From Amoebidium appalachense (taxonomy: Eukaryota; Protista; Ichthyosporea), in the NCBI GenBank assembly GCA_963693365.1, contig CAVNZM010000014.1, positions 6,448,001 through 6,512,000 on the forward strand: 64,000 bases of DNA, written 5' to 3'. The number at the start of each line of letters is the position of its first letter. Within the stretch, counting starts at the first letter, position 1. Below, in pieces: positions 62,760 through 64,000 of the stretch. The notes below the pieces were generated by a model. The model did no database searches. It was not told the origin of the DNA and was given only the letters and a program-made list of their open reading frames with translations. The position numbers and the translations under genes are program-made.

Positions 62760-63591
62760 AACACACAAAAAGACTCACAAACCGTAGTAGAACACACCTC
62801 TTGAATTAGCCCCATATGGAGGGACTGCAGCTACCAAATCCACATACGCCCTAACTGCAAAAACAAAAGCGGCAAACTTTCGAAGAATCATTTTTTTCAA
62901 TCACGACCTGCTGTAAAAAAATGCTATATACAGATAAATTATAAATCGCTAAGAAAATAACTATCAAATATCATGATGATGTTTGTGCGGACGAACATAC
63001 AGTAACTATTGAAACCGTTACGGTCGTGGTGATGTGGCACCATGGAGATGCAAATTTCTGCCTATTTTCATTATATGTTATACCCTGGCTTTCGAAACGG
63101 TATCATTCTCTTGACGAAACGTGGTCGTCAAAGGATATTGAAAAAAGAAAACAGCCATAAGGGGCCTGCGGCATCTGTGTCTTTAGCAGAGAAGAGAGCG
63201 AAAGAAGGCAAGCCTCAACCGTTACGACTCCTGCTGTATGAATAGTAACGTTTGTCGTCAGGAAATTTTAAACTCTGGAATCCGCTCTGGAATGTGCAGC
63301 CAAATAGCGAATAAAAATGAGATAATGGGTACATTTTCCCTTCTCCCAGGCCTTTCCTCGGTCGCTCTTGTCTTTTCCGTCTTCTGTTATATATCGTCAC
63401 TAGAGGCCTACATTCATATTTAGATTTTTGTACTTCCGGTTTCCGGAATTCCGAGTCTCCGGCCGTGCGGATTGCGCAAACCGTGACACCCAAGTAGCAC
63501 GTCATTCTGAGCCTGCCACTGAGAATGTCCGTAGAACTAAACATTATAATGCGTCATGATGACACATGATCGCCCCAGCCTTAGTCATATT

Positions 63592-63743
<152 letters not shown>

Positions 63744-64000
63744 CAGGTGAAAATGCCAACGATCTGCCCATTGCCATCCCAGGACAGGAAACCCCCAATA
63801 GCCGTTCCGCTAAATCATGGGTTGGTAAGGGTGTAGAGTACTTGACTGCTGTGCAAGCAGGTCTTTTGCGACCAGATACACAGAATAAGATCAGGACTGG
63901 TAACAAGATTCGTGCTGTTAAGTATGGCCGAACAACTCGACAAGCTGGAAAAGCCCTAATGTATTAGGTTACATCATCGGTTCTCCTCACCCTTTTCTTC

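Overview
Eukaryotic, intron-rich genomic DNA saturated with (CA/GT)n, (GA)n and poly-C/G tracts; most ORFs in the supplied track are microsatellite translations. The gene content (Hsp110, MARCH5-like, RPL7) looks opisthokont, possibly a unicellular holozoan (inference only). Genes reconstructed by hand: an intronless secreted W/C-repeat protein (+), the 3' part of a probable GPI-anchored glycoprotein (+), a 20-exon Hsp110 (-), a MARCH5-like RING-CH E3 ligase (-) head-to-head with RPL7 (+), a 5-exon DUF1772 membrane protein (+), a doubly frameshifted LRR-like gene (-) and a FAD-oxidoreductase fragment (-). Most notable: (1) a 910-bp element with 288-bp near-perfect inverted arms full of CCAAT/CRE motifs, flanked by AAT, whose spacer holds an exact 81-bp copy of the sequence just downstream of the neighbouring gene's stop codon; (2) a 70-110 nt intronic element family found in four genes, always on the host gene's sense strand; (3) splice acceptors built directly on (CA)n tracts, two of which appear to end in CG rather than AG.
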